The translations under genes and the position numbers were made by a program. DNA of 64,000 nucleotides from Chiloscyllium plagiosum (lineage: Eukaryota). The notes beneath the pieces are model-generated. The model saw only the letters and a list, made by a program, of their open reading frames with translations. It did not search any database and was not told where the DNA came from. Positions 36,911 through 50,129 of the stretch are shown here, in pieces; within the stretch, counting starts at the first letter, position 1; every line of letters begins with the position of its first letter. The stretch is taken from assembly GCF_004010195.1 (NCBI RefSeq), contig NC_057751.1, positions 18,677,543-18,741,542 on the forward strand. The letters run 5' to 3'.

Positions 36911-39900
36911 ATCTGTACATTACCTCCATCACACACGTGATTCACTACGAAACACTCAATAAGGTAACCCTAATTACGATTGTGCAGGACTTCGTAAAAA
37001 AATTATTCGCAGAATGATGTGTGTCACTGGATAGGGCAATGCCTATTGTCTATCAATAGTTGCCCAGATAGCATTTTAAGAGTCAATTTTATTTCTGCGG
37101 ATCTCAAGTCACCTACAGTGCAGACGAGGCAAAGATAGTAGATTCTTTCACTGAAGAGATTTCGTGAACTAGATGTTTTATTCCCCCCACCCCCCACCCC
37201 CCGACAATTGGCAATGGTTAAACTCTTAATCCCAGGCTTTTATTCATTTCAATTCTCATCAACTTTCTCCAAGTCATCACCTGGCGTCTGTATTAACAAC
37301 CCTGTAATAATATTGCTCGGCCATCACCTCCCATGTTCCATTTCACTCTGTAAATTACCCGCAATTATGTCATTTCACTCACTCCCTATCATGAATATAA
37401 TTCCTTTATGACACCACGTCAAGCACTCCATAAGACTCCATGAATTATACGCATGACTTCCTGCATTAATTACTCATCACGGTGTAAAATATGATTTTGC
37501 ATCCTCCACGTCATGCTCTATCTGCAAGTTACCACATGAAAACATTTAAACCACTCCTTGTCACTCTACATATTACCTACATGAAGTGTCATAACTCAAT
37601 CCCTCTCACTCTGTGAATTATCCACATTGAGCTCCATCAATCCTTTCATATCTCTCTGCAAATAATCCCCATGAAGCCTGACAATTATCTTTATCACGAT
37701 GTAAACTAAGCCTATACTCTCCTACGAACCATTCCCTATCAATCTGTATATTACCACAGAACGCCCTCCATGTCACTTCTTACCACACACTGAGTTACCC
37801 CAATCATACATACGACTTTGTACTTCACCCCAAGGAATTCCTCCAAATCCCTCCCTATTATGAGTACATTTAAACCCATAACACTCTCACTTATGCTTGA
37901 GGACTGTATAAATTATTCCATGATGTCTTTTAAATTACCTGTCATACTGTAAATTACTCCAATTACATCTTATCACTCACTCGCTCTCACTATAAACAGC
38001 TCACATGAAGTCTGATTCATTACTCTCGATCACAATGCAAAATATGGCAATGACGTCCTGTTATTCTCAAATGTTCTGCAAATTATCACCATGAGGTTCC
38101 TTTTAATAACTGGAGACCATGCTGTAATTGAACTGTTTGTCTTCCTTTCAGATATTGTTTTTCACAGGGAAGGACGGCAGCGAGGAGCCAGTTTCGATTC
38201 CAGACTCGGGTGACTGTCTGTATGCAGTTTCCACATTTTGCCTGTGTTTGAGTGGGGCTTCCTTCCACTGTCCAAAGATGTGTGCATGAGGCATGAGAAA
38301 TGCGAGATTGCAGGTTGTGGGTGGAGTGCTCACTCTGTAAATTATCCCCTCGATTCCTTGTCATTCTATAAATTCCCTGAGACTCTGGAGTGCCTGCGTT
38401 ATCACATATGATCAATTACTTCTTAAATAACTGACATGGTGCCAATGTGATGTACTCCAACTCCATTTCACGATGGAAATTACCCCCGACTCCCGTCATT
38501 CACTCTGTAACAGTCTACAATTTACCAGAGTGTCTTTTCAATTACCTCTTCATGATCTGAAAATTACCACTGCGACATTCTATCAATTACTGACTATCGC
38601 TCCAAATTATTCCCAAATGCTGTCCTCTAAGTACTCCTTCTCAGTATGCAAAGTAATCCCATGATGTGCTTTAAATCGCTTCCTCACTCTCTGTAAATTG
38701 CCCCATGACATCGACTTGAACTCTTATTATCTCTAAGATCCAGTCAATCGTTCCCTATTGCTCGATAATGTACCTTTACATTTCCTCTAATTGTACTCTC
38801 CCTATGATTCAGTGAGTTATTCCGATGACACTCTCTAATGTATTCCCAATCACTATGCAAAATACATGGTAAATTCTGTCAATCCCTCCCTACTGCTCGA
38901 TAAATTAAGCTGATGGCATACTATTAATTAGTCTCTATCATCTGTAATAACTATTAATTGCGTAGTCATTAGCTATCACTTTGAGTTACCCAACGATTTC
39001 CAGCAAATTATATAAAACTTTGCTGTATGGCAGCGCCCAGTCCTCCTTTAACTAACCTGTTTCTCTGATAAATGGAAGCATGTTGCAAAACTGAAATCCT
39101 CCAGTTACCACATGAGCTGTTTGGCTCAAGACAAGGATTTAAATTCAAAGTCAGAACACATTCTTTTCCACATCCTTTCCAAGTTTACAGGGGTCGCTGA
39201 CAGGACTTTCATTAATTATCTGGCCCTTATTGTCATTGAGCAGAATTTATTGTTTCATCACTTCAGAGGCTATTTAAGAGTCAATCACGTTTTTGTGTTT
39301 CTGGTGTCACATGAAGTCCAAATCGGGTAAGGGTGGTAGGTTGTCTTCTCTATCGAAGTCAGATAGATATTTATGATGTTCGATTGTCAAAGAGTGCAAC
39401 GTTACTGATGATTGCTGTTTGAATTATGTGTCTAGACAACAATGATCTTGGAGATAATAAAGTGTTGCTTAATGAGGAGTGACATGGATCGAGTTCGACG
39501 GGAGTAACTAGAGACAATTGAATGTGAGAAGGAGTGGTCAAGGATGGTAGTGATCAAGAACTAGTGCTTCGTTGCGACAACGATGCAATAGGTTTTTAAC
39601 CTGGAGAAGTGGTCTCAAGTAGTATTACTTGGAGCTGCAGTTAAATGAGAGTTAGACTGGATTTGATAGCTTACTCAGGACGCTGAATGGGATACGTGCT
39701 GAAGGTAATGGACACGATTAAGAGCCGTGCACCTGTTTTATATATAAATACCTCAGTTCTTTTTCACTTACATTGTGACTGAGACAGAGCAGGCTATACA
39801 CTAGATACAGGATCTATCCTATATTAATGGCATTAAGCTACATTTATCAGACAGCCCTATTTGTATTACAGTAAATCATGCTTGTTCTCTCATAAAATTA

Positions 39901-40069
39901 AGAAACTCTGCCTCAGTTTGTGGGAAAAACGAAAGTGAACATATTCAATTAGTTTGAAAACGGAACGTCTCCATCAAATCTTCCACTGAAGAATAACTCG
40001 AAGTCACTGGTTGCTGGGCACTCTCAGTGATGCGATAATTGATCAATCAATTGATTTGACGAATTGATT

Positions 40070-40929
40070 AATTGAAGTCAACGGTTACTTCAGCATGAGT
40101 GTGGGCCACTCTCTAATTTTAGTCGCAATTTCTTAATTCCAGCACAAATAGATTTAAGGATACAGATTTGTAATCTTACATGCCAGTAAACACACAGAAA
40201 CATCCGAAATGTTGACCATTGCAGCTTGAAATTTCCCCACACTACATACAATCCAATAAGCCATTATGTTTGACTCTCTATCTCCTGGTCTCCGGATGTT
40301 TTCCCACTGCTGTGTGCCCAGACAGTTCTGCTGGTCCGGAAAATAAAAAAAGTGTTGTACATTGCAACGTTGATCAAAAGAATGGTGACAAATGGAAACA
40401 AGGGGAAATGATCTGATGGAAGAACTCAACTGTTTTCCAGAAAGCAGTGTATTAGATATATGCTCTTGCATCAGGAGACAGGGGAGTTCCATTAGCTGTT
40501 AGTATTTTTATTTGTCGTTTGGGGAAACTTCAAACTGTATTGGTCAAGATTTACGATGTTCCTGTGTGCATTTTGTTCTCCATCAATTTATTAACGTGAC
40601 TGAGCAGATTGGCACAATTGCTGTTCCACATCTTCGATTACCGTTTTCTCTGTGCCATGCTTAGCTTTCATTAACGGCCAGAATCTGATCAAAGCTTAAA
40701 GTGACAATGAACCAGACAGAACTGTCCATTTCTGTTTAAATTATGAGATCATGGATATTGCTCATGTATCCTCTGGAAAAGAAACATTTCACAAAAGAAG
40801 TCGTAATTCGTGTAAATAACAAGCCCTGGGTAAAACTGCCAGTTAATCCAGTAACAGAATGGAGATCAGGTAACCAGTGATGCATTTAGATACACCATTA
40901 TTTACGAAACATAATTACCAATATGTTAA
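40070..40929 (-). pseudogene. GPR139-like pseudogene D, highly decayed
   Basis: Acceptor CCCACCCTCACAG|TTAAC. Fragments in shifting frames with multiple stops: GVSKCITGYLI, DSSVWFIVTLSFDQILAV, KHGTEKT, VEFFHQII, HSSGKTSGDQEIES. Confidence 0.75.
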
Positions 40930-41179
40930 CTGTGAGGGTGGGAAATGGTCAGTTAAGTTACAACTCAGTCTATGATCAGATTGATGGAGCACTCAGCATT
41001 TCAAATGTTTAACTTCTTCCTATGATGCAGCGAAATGGCCACAACGAGTAAGGGTTCTATCTTCAGAACACAGCGGAGACAAGTGACGAAAGACAATAAA
41101 AGGTTTACATGACAATGGTCCACCAATGATGGAGGGGATACAAAGGTGACAGTTGAAGCAGGAATAAATGAGGGAGGGA

Positions 41180-41772
41180 CAAAGCCAGAGATTCGTGCAA
41201 AGGCGCAGCAGGTCTGACAGCTTTAGTGGAGATAAATTAGAGTTAACGTTTCGGCTCGAATGATTCTTGCTTAGAACTAGTGGTCGCTGTAAAATGTCAG
41301 TTTATCTGCAACATACGGTGGGATTTGGCGGAAGGAACCAGGGTAGCTCAAGTCATAAAGTTGTTGGATTTGCCATTGAGTCTAACGACAACTTGAGTTC
41401 TCTTATGTAAATACCCCAACATATACATCAAGCCATATTATCACATCAACTCCTGTGACACATTGTTGGACACCAGCAATCCCCATTAACAGTTACTCAA
41501 ACTGCTAGCACTATCGTTATCCATTTATTTTGTGTTCGACTGTTCTGTCCCATTGCCTTTTTTCCCCAACTGTGATTTACGCCAATTTACTCCCTCCCTC
41601 CAACTTAAATGCTGCATGTAAACTGGCATTTTTCTTGCTACCATCAGGAATGAGGTAGGGGCCACTCGACCAAAATGTTAACTCTGATTTTTCTTCACAG
41701 ATGCTGCCAGACCTGCCGAGCTTTTCCAGAAAATTCTGTCCTTGTTTCTGATTTCACAGCTCTTCTAGTTTC
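41180..41772. mobile_element. Old PLE derivative with inverted terminal repeats
   Basis: GCAGGTCTGACAGC...AGAGTTAACGTTTCG (left) is the reverse complement of ATGTTAACTCTG...GCTGCCAGACCTGC (right). Confidence 0.55.
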
Positions 41773-42294
41773 AATAAATTAGGGAGACAGAGTGGGCAAG
41801 TGTCTTTGAAGGGGTAGGATAGCAAGGTAAAACACGGAGTAAGGCCAAAATCAGAAGTGAGACAATGCTGTCAGAGAGTAGTGGACTGGAAAGACTGTCT
41901 GCTGGGAAAGCCCGAGGTTGATGCAACATTCCAACTGGGAATGCCAGCGTTTGAGTTGGTTTACAGAAACAAGAGCATTTCCGTTTTCCTGTTGTCTTCT
42001 CGCCCTTTGCCCAGCATTCATCCGATATAAGTTCTGCGAAATTCAATGTATTAAAAAAACGATATGAGTTCTGAGCAGTAATCTCAGCTTGCAGCTGGCC
42101 GACCCTCGCGGAGTCCTACGTCTGGACTTTGCAAACTATAATGTTGCATTTTGACTTAACAGAACTGCACATTTCTGGCCACTAAGATGAAGTTGCTCCT
42201 TTAACAACCTTCTGTTGCCCATGTTCTTTTTTCACGAGGAGTTACAAAAAGCAGTGGTTCCGATTTGTCTGGGGTTTAGGAGTGCTAATGCCTC

Positions 42295-45200
42295 TGACGC
42301 TCTAAAACAGATTAATCTGCTGAAAGAATTTTAAAAACTCAACTTCCAAATGTGGTAAGAATTCATATGAATGAGCAGAAAGTTCAAGAAGTGTAAAAAG
42401 CCACAGAGATGTCAGATGAATATGCATTGGAGCATAATGCAAAACTTAAATTCCAGCAAAGGTTTCATCCTGTGAGTGATAGAAATCGGGAGCAGGGGAG
42501 ATCCAAAACTACAAAACAAAGATGATAGCGCACTGGTAAATGTTTCCCACGGGTTAAAAAAGAAACCCAAGAGGCTGGAAGAGAGGTGAAAGGCCTCAGA
42601 TCTTTCCACTGTGATAAGTTGGGACATTTAAAGTCATAGTGCTGGTCATTGAAGAAAGGCACCGTGGGAAGAGGTGTGGTTAACAAAAGGCTTTACTGAA
42701 ATTAGTAACGGAAACCACTGATCTTACACGGGGGAACGCAAAATTCCAGTCCATGATTCCACAAATTAATGCTCTCTTGAGCAACATATCAGCAGGTCAA
42801 ATACGTTCATATCTCACAAATAAGACTGATCAGAATCCGTGTCTCAGAAAATTATAATTTCTTTCCCTTCTCCCCCTGTTCTTATTGAGTAAATTGTACT
42901 CACAGAGGTGAACATTTTTTATAGAGATCGGCACTAACTCAGTACCCAGCACCTGCTTAGATCGTGCACACGCCTGCAACTTCTCGACATTTCTTGAGGT
43001 TTGTAGAGTCGTAGAGACATCTATATGACTTTATGACTATAAACACCAAGAAAATTGGACGAGCTGCAGGAGAGTGCACAATCTCGGCAGGTGCTAGATG
43101 GCGAGTTAGTGCTTGATCTCTATTTTTAAAAAAACTCTGTTGGTATGACTTATATGATAATAACAGAGGGGAGAAGAGAAGGAAATTATAGCTTTGAGAG
43201 ACTGATCAGTCTCTCTTCGTGACCTCTTTCTGACATGTTACCCGAGAGAGAGGTAATTTGTGGAGTCATTGGACGGAAATTTCGCGTTCCCCTGCGTAAG
43301 ATCAGTTTGGAAATCCAAATCAAGACTCAGAAATTAACAGTGCGAGTCATTGACAGAATATCAGTTCCAGGGATACAGTTTCCTCTTGGGCAGGATTTAG
43401 CTGGATCCAATGTGGGGTTATATCTCCTGTTGTGGAGAGGCCAATGGAAGACCAGAGAACTGATGAGTTAAAGGAAAAATACCCTGAAATCTTTCCAGAC
43501 TAGGTAGCAACAAGGAACCAATGTCACATGTCACAGCAAGAAGCCAAGACTGAGGAAAAAGACAAAGAAGTTGATGTTCAGTTAGCTGACACCCTGTCTG
43601 ATATAATGTTGCTGAAAACAAAACATGAACAGGTAGCGGATCAGGCAGAAATGTTTAGTCCTGAAAGGCTAATGGACTTACAACAGAAAGACGAGGCAAT
43701 AAAAGATGCATATATTTATGCATACTCAGAAGCGAAATCAGAATTTAATTCTAAGTGTTATTATCTTTTATATAGAATACTAAGACGAAAATGGAGACCA
43801 CAGATAGTTAGTACAGTGGCGAAATGGTATTGCACCAGAGGTGTGCTGTAGGTACCACAGAGACCGGAAGTATTATGGATAGTACATAAATTACCAACAG
43901 GAGGTCACTTGGCATTTCTATTGGCCTGGACTGCACAAGAATGTTATTAAATTTTGCCATACACGTCAAACGTGCCAAATGGTAGGTATGCCTCATGCAG
44001 TGAACAAAACCAAGACCTTTGTTGCCAATTCCTGCATTAGAAGAACTCTTAACGCAGAGTATGATTGATTTTGTACGTCCCCTCCCAAAATCTAAAAGTG
44101 GAGCTATTACTTGCAAACTATACCAGATTTCTGGACGTAATTCCATTACGGAGTATTAAGGCAAAACGTGTGGTGGAAAAGTTGGTAGCTTTCTTTAAAC
44201 GGCATGGGCTACACAGAAAGATTCAGTCAGACCAAGGATCTAATTTTATTGCTAGGCTGTTTAAGGAAGTCATTGATGGCTTACGCACACAGCACTTTAA
44301 ACCCTGTTGACCACGTTAAGAGCATACTGTCAAGATTACCCGTATGATTGGGAAAATGTATCCCAGTCATATAGCTTGCCATTAGAGATATCCCAAATGC
44401 ATCTATTCATTTTACACCATTTGAGTTAATTTTCGGACATGAAGTGAGAAGATCTTTGAAACTAATGAAAAGAAAATCCATTGGACTGAAGTCGAAGTTC
44501 TCACACGTCTATTATATATTGAGGGAGAGATGAAATCGTATAGAAGAGTTAGCTAAACAGCAACTGAAGAGGTCACATTATAGAATGAAGCAGGTGGCAG
44601 GTCCAATCTCGAATATTCGGACATTTTCCCATGGCGATGACGTATTAGTGTTATTCCCACTTTTATGAGATCAAGACAACGCCAGCCTATCAAATTGAGA
44701 AAGAGTTGGATCAGGTAAACTACCTGGTAAAGAGGCCCGATAGAGAAACACTGTATCGGGTATATCATGTGAATATGTTCAAACCTCATGAAAATAGAGA
44801 CAAGGAAGTGTGGATTCAGGTGCTTGTGACTGCGAGGAATCAAATATAGACGTTGTGGAGTTTCATGTGCCTCAAAATACGTTAAATCGTGAAGAAGTCC
44901 TCGAGGAGTGGGGTAGGTTAGTCAGGTTTCAGTCTCAGCAGCAATGAACCGACTTCAGAGATTTTTTGCAGCTGTATGGATGCATGCTATGCAAGAGGTT
45001 GGGGAGGAATAATACTAACATGCATGAGATGGAAGTCGGGAATGCTGTTCCGATAAGACTAGACATTCATGATTCATCCTCTCAATGCTATGCAGGTCCA
45101 GAAGATATCATCGAACTGAGCCAGGGTGGGTGGAATTCGCCAATCGTGTTCGTTCCCAAATCTGACGGGATTCAATTTGTATGGACTATGGGCAGGTCAA

Positions 45201-46340
45201 CGCCATAACAAAATTGGACTCCTATCCAATACCATAATTAGATGACTGTATGGAGACAGTTGCACAAGTCACTTACATCACAAAGTTGCTCTTACTGCCT
45301 GGCTATCAGCAGGAACTATTATCTGTGAAAGTGAAAAATGTTTCTGTATTTCAGTTCAAAGAGATGCTCTTTGGAATGAAGAACGCACGTTCCAAAGACA
45401 CATAAACAGAGTAATGGCAGGACTAACAAATTATGCAGTTTATCTGGATGATACAATGATCTTTCACAAGACATGAAAAGATCACATGGCAGATTTGGTT
45501 GGACTCTTTGAAACATTACGAGCAGCAAAACTGGTAATAAACATAAAGAAAGTGGAATTTTCTAAGGCAGACGCGAGTTCCTTGGGACATAACAGCGAAT
45601 ATTGAGGGTTGCTCCTAAGGAATGTGAAGACGAAGGCCATCAATGAATTTCCACGGACAACCTTGAAGGAAGAAGTGATTCGATTTTTGGGACTAAGCGG
45701 TTTCTACCAGAATTTTCTTGAAAGATTTGGCAGAGCGATGGCACTGCTAACAGATTTACTGAAATAGAACAAAAGATGTCGGTGGACAGTACAATCCCAA
45801 GAGGCATTTGTGAATTTACAAGAAGTATTAACTACCACCCCAGTTTTAGTTGCACCACTTTTTTTTTAAACCCTTCAAATTTGCAATCGAATCTAGCGGT
45901 ATAGGAGTTGAAAGTATAGTGCTACAAGTTCATAATAATGGAATTAAACGGCTAATTGGATACTTTTTAATGAAACTCAACACCCGCCAGAGATAACACA
46001 CTACCATCAAGAAAGTTTGGTCCACGTTTTCCAACACTTTAATGCTTATGTCACGACCAATGTTTCGGAGACGTTTATATACATAGATCACGATCCTCTT
46101 ACATTCTTGGAAAGATTTAAAGACAAAAATATGAGACTTTGCATTGGAGGCTTGTATTTGCAGACATTTAATTTACAAATTGTACAAGTTGTGGGTCAAA
46201 ACGATGTCATAGCAGATGTGTTACCGTGGATTTAAAGGAAAAGGTACAGGTGCGTATCTAACAGATTCAAATATTTTATATATTACATACATACACACAC
46301 CCACACACGTACACACGAAGAAATTAACAGGAAAGTATAA
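42295..46340 (+). mobile_element. Degenerate Gypsy (Gmr1-like) internal region: gag, protease, integrase, RT, RNase H
   Basis: Gag EMSDEYAL and zinc knuckle FHCDKLGHLKS*CW (~42605). Protease end GIQFPLGQDLAG, integrase HGLHRKIQSDQGSNF and PFELIFGHEVR (~44200-44450), then RT YLDD (~45440) and RNase H YIDHDPLTFL...NDVIADVL. Confidence 0.88.
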
Positions 46341-46519
46341 TTTAGTTGAATGAAGTTAAAACTCAGACAAAACCAGATTATATCCAACAAATTTATTTGG
46401 AACCACCAGCTGCTCCTTCATCAGGAGTTTGTGGACAACAGGATTATAAGACACAGAATTTATAGCCAAAAGTGTACAGTGTCATGGAGCTGTAACGATA
46501 TATTAAACAAATTTAGATC

Positions 46520-47540
46520 TAGCAGCAGACAGCGGCAGGAACTGGGCGGAAGCGAGGTCGGAGCACAAAGGCTATTGGAAAGTTAGTGAATACTATTTAA
46601 GTATTTACCTCGAAGCCAGCATTCTTCTTTGCAGCAGAGAGCGGCGGAAGGTGGGTGCAAGTGAGGTCGGAGAACAGAGGCTGTTGGGAAGGTAAGTGAG
46701 TGCTGTTAAAGTAGGTGAGTCAGTGTGCTGCGTGAATGATGTGGCAGGTCAGGGACACTGATGGTGTCTCTGACTCGTATAGCTGTGGAAAGTGTGTACA
46801 CCATCAACTTTTGACAGAGCATGTAACAGAACTGAAGAAAGAATGAGATAACCTCAGACTCATCTGAGAGAACGAGAATTATCTGGACAGGACTTTCCGG
46901 AGGTCATTACACTGAGCGTACCAGCAGAGAGAAGGGAGATGACGATGAGGAAGGAAGAGATTATTCAAGCACAAGAGACCCCGGGGGAAGTACCTCTGGT
47001 GAACAGGTTTACTTTCTTGGAAACTGTCGAGACAGACGACACTGCCAGTCTAAGAGGCGCACAGGTCTGCCAATTGAAGATTGGCATGGAGGCAGAGCGG
47101 TGGCATCCAAAATCATGCAGGGCCGTAGTAATAGGAGACTCTACAGTCAGAGGGGACTAAAAGGTGTTTCTGCGGCAACAAGGCGAGATTTGAGAATGGT
47201 GTGCTGCCGTCCTGATGCCAGGATCCTGGACGTCAACGACAGAGTGCAGGGAATCCTCAAGGTGTAGGTGAAGGGCCAGAGGTGGTGGTCAGAAAGAAGA
47301 GGAGAGTCATTCTACAGCAGGACGTCAGAAAACTCGGAAGATGGTTGGAAAGGAGGACTTCCAGGGTGGTTATCTCTGGTTTGCTTTCTGTTCCTCGGGA
47401 ACAGGGAGAGAATACACTTGAATGTGTAGCTGAGGAACTGGTGCAGGAAGCAAGGATATAAATTCTTGGATCACTGATGTACGTTTTGCCGTAAGGATAA
47501 ATTATACAAGAGGGGCAGATTGCACACAAATAGGTGGGGT
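46520..47540 (+). mobile_element. CR1 5' UTR and ORF1 remnant (zinc finger/leucine zipper and SGNH esterase-like)
   Basis: MWQVRDTDGVSDSYSCGKCVHHQLLTEHVTEL, VPLVNRFTFLETV and AVVIGDSTVRG. Confidence 0.8.
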
Positions 47541-47779
47541 CTGAATCAACATTGGGACACAGATAGTCTTAAACCTCACACCTTTAAGCCATTGTCGGAG
47601 TTGGAGATGACACTTATTGTTAGAAAAGCTAAATAAATCTTGAGAATGTAACTTAAAATGAGTTCTGGGATTTACATATTAATGAATTGAAGCTCGCACG
47701 GATTCTAAAAGATGAAAACTTACTCTAAATTTGTTTAATGTATCATTACAGCTCGATGACACTATAACACTTTTCCTAT

Positions 47780-48450
47780 TGTGACGACATGGGGTAAATC
47801 CTCCTGCTTAATTTAAACTACAACAAAGATTTATCCCGTGCAGTAATCTGAGAAAACTCGAAAGGCCAAGAATGAGTTAAAGTTAAGTAACAACGTTATT
47901 TCCTAACGTATAATAGATAATAATTCACTAACAACTATCTGCAAATCCTTCCTAGAACTTTTCTTTTACTTTCATCTCTATAAGACGTGTTTGATAAAAC
48001 CTCCGATAAAGAGTTACAAAAATTCAACTTTTCAAAAACTAGCCAGATGTCGAATCTTCTTTTCTTCTTCTTCGAAATTTCTGCTTCACAGTTTACTGAT
48101 CGATAAAGGTAGCTTTAAGCGAGCTATTCCCTGGGCAGTCTGCAGATGTTATCGACTTGGCAGTTCTCCTCTCAACTGTTCAGTTTTCGCCAGTCTTACA
48201 CCCCCAAAACATTGTCTTTCAAGATGGTTAATATACCAAATACAAAGTTGACTGGAATTTGGTATTTTTGGGGATATAACTTAAACTGATTTGCCCGAAT
48301 CGAATCTGTTTTGTCATTTTCAGCAACCAGCTAATCTAGCTTTAAACCCAGTGTTGCGGTGTTGCCTTATTCAGAACGCTTAGTGCTATTAGATAGTTCT
48401 ACTAGCTTATAACTCTCTTAACAGTACACCGCACCCACATTTTCATAACA
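47780..48450 (-). mobile_element. Solo Gypsy LTR, same family as 7418-8111
   Basis: Minus strand starts TGTTATGAAAATGTGGGTG and ends TTTACCCCATGTCGTCACA. Colinear with the LTR at 7418. Confidence 0.82.
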
Positions 48451-48614
48451 TGCTCATAAATTCTGTGTCTTATGATCCGATCCTCGAGAACCACCTGATG
48501 ATGGACCGGCGCATCAAAAGCTAGCATTTTCAAATAAACCTGTTAGATTATAATCTGGTATTGTGTGATTTTTAAACTTGTTCAACACCAGTGAAACACC
48601 GGAAACTCCAAATT

Positions 48615-49475
48615 TAGATTAATTACATATACATTTCATAGTAATTCGATTAAGAATTAGAGGGGAAAAAAATGGAATCCATCATGATGGCACATTTTTT
48701 CTTCAGAGATGATGTTTTATGAAGCTGAAGGCGTGTAATGTACCTTGAAGAGAGAGAGATGTTGTTCTGAACTGCGAGATTACGAGCACCTGAGTATATA
48801 ACTAGCTAGCAGTCCTCTAGTGCACTGGAAAATTATTAATATGTAATGTTTGGCTGTGAAATGGAGACCTGAGTTTTGGTTGCTCTTTTGACAACATTTG
48901 AAATGTAACAAAACATTTTAAATTATTCCTCAAGAAACTAAAAACAAATTAAGTTTGAATTTATTGAGTTGCCATCATCGAAATTATGAGACGGTCCAAT
49001 GGGAGTATCTTGCGGGCAGCTTGGAAGCTGGAGAAAGAGGAACTGCTATTAAGACCGACAATCCTATGGATGTAAGAGTTTACTCTCCAATAAATTAGAA
49101 AACGCGCTCCATCAAAATTATCTTTCCATATGAATATACTTGCAGTAAAAAGAAAGAAGACGACTCTGAGAAATTCACAGCCAGAAAACGAAAGACACAG
49201 AAGACGACTGCGGCTATGTGACCTTGTAATTTTGTTGGAACAGCATATTCTTAGAGTTGGAGGCAGATAATAAGCAGTTAACAGAAATGGGGACTTACAG
49301 CTGTGAATAGTTGTTTACTGTTTAGATTTAGAATACAGAAAATAAATTGATGTTATTTTCTTTAAATACTGACATTTGAGAGGTCACTGTCAAACATAAT
49401 TTAACAGATGACGAAACGTGTTGAGCTTTTCTGGGTATTTGGATTCATCAAAAAAGTGTCCCAGCACCTCTGTTG
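48615..49475 (+). mobile_element. 3' UTR and 3' LTR of the Gypsy element at 42295
   Basis: Sequence before ~48713 parallels 2300-2390 (GATTAGAGGG...ATGATGGC). The LTR-like start TGTTTTATGAAG...TGTACCTTGAAG follows. Confidence 0.65.
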
Positions 49476-50129
49476 AAATCTTATGTTTTATCTGTCTAAT
49501 GGCACAAATGTTGTGATTCTGAAGCAACTAATGAAGTCCAGCATGAAGCCCAATTCCATCATGAACCACCTAGATGCACAGAGTGATACAATAAACTCTG
49601 CATCCAGTTCTAATTCAATAAACCATTAATGTAGATCAGAACAGAATCAAATTGGTTGTTAAAACAAAATTTAAATTTATGGATTGCCTCAGCTCTCCAA
49701 TGCTGCAACCCGGTGAGATTGTTTACTTCTGTGAGACCGAAGTCTCATGCAGTCTCTGTTAATCATTAAAATGTGTCTGATCGTGGAATATTTGAGCAGC
49801 AGAATGATGAGAAATGGGATAGTCGAAATTAGAATGTGGTGGACGAACGCAATTGATGTGGAGACTCAAAGATTATATATATCGACTGCTACACTATAAG
49901 TCTGAATATAAAATATAAGAAAATGATGTTAAATCAGCTTTTACCTGTGATATTCCAGAATAAAAAAACAGCCGCTCTTTTCACGCTGCCATATTGCATT
50001 ATCAGTTTCTGGACAAAATCGGTAACAGTGACTCAGAGACAAAAGTCAGCGTCTGCATAATGCAATATGTGTGGTTATTATATTATATAGTACATCAGGA
50101 GAATACAAGTCTCCACAGTACAGAAGCAG

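Larger units (their letters stand above)
33250..39000. repeat. Decayed ~45-bp tandem repeat array, interrupted by CR1s and SINEs
   Basis: A unit like TCACTCTGTAAATTACCCCATGAC...TCAATCACTCCCTA recurs at 37561, 37606, 37651, 37694 and 37739. Blocks lie at 33250-33500, 35440-35590, 36915-37010, 37340-38100 and 38330-38990. Confidence 0.75.
46352..48610. mobile_element. PLE terminal repeats in inverted orientation (46352-46518 minus; 47540-48610 plus), hosting a CR1 5' fragment and an LTR
   Basis: ATAAGACACAGAATTTATAGC is the reverse complement of ATAAATTCTGTGTCTTATGA. Decayed hammerhead at ~48493-48525. Approximate TSD AATTTAG-T-AAT at 46339 and 48611. Confidence 0.7.

Noticed and set aside
37340..38990. 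CRISPR-like array
   Set aside because: Eukaryotic context, uniformly degenerate units, no invariant repeats with unique spacers, and no cas genes.
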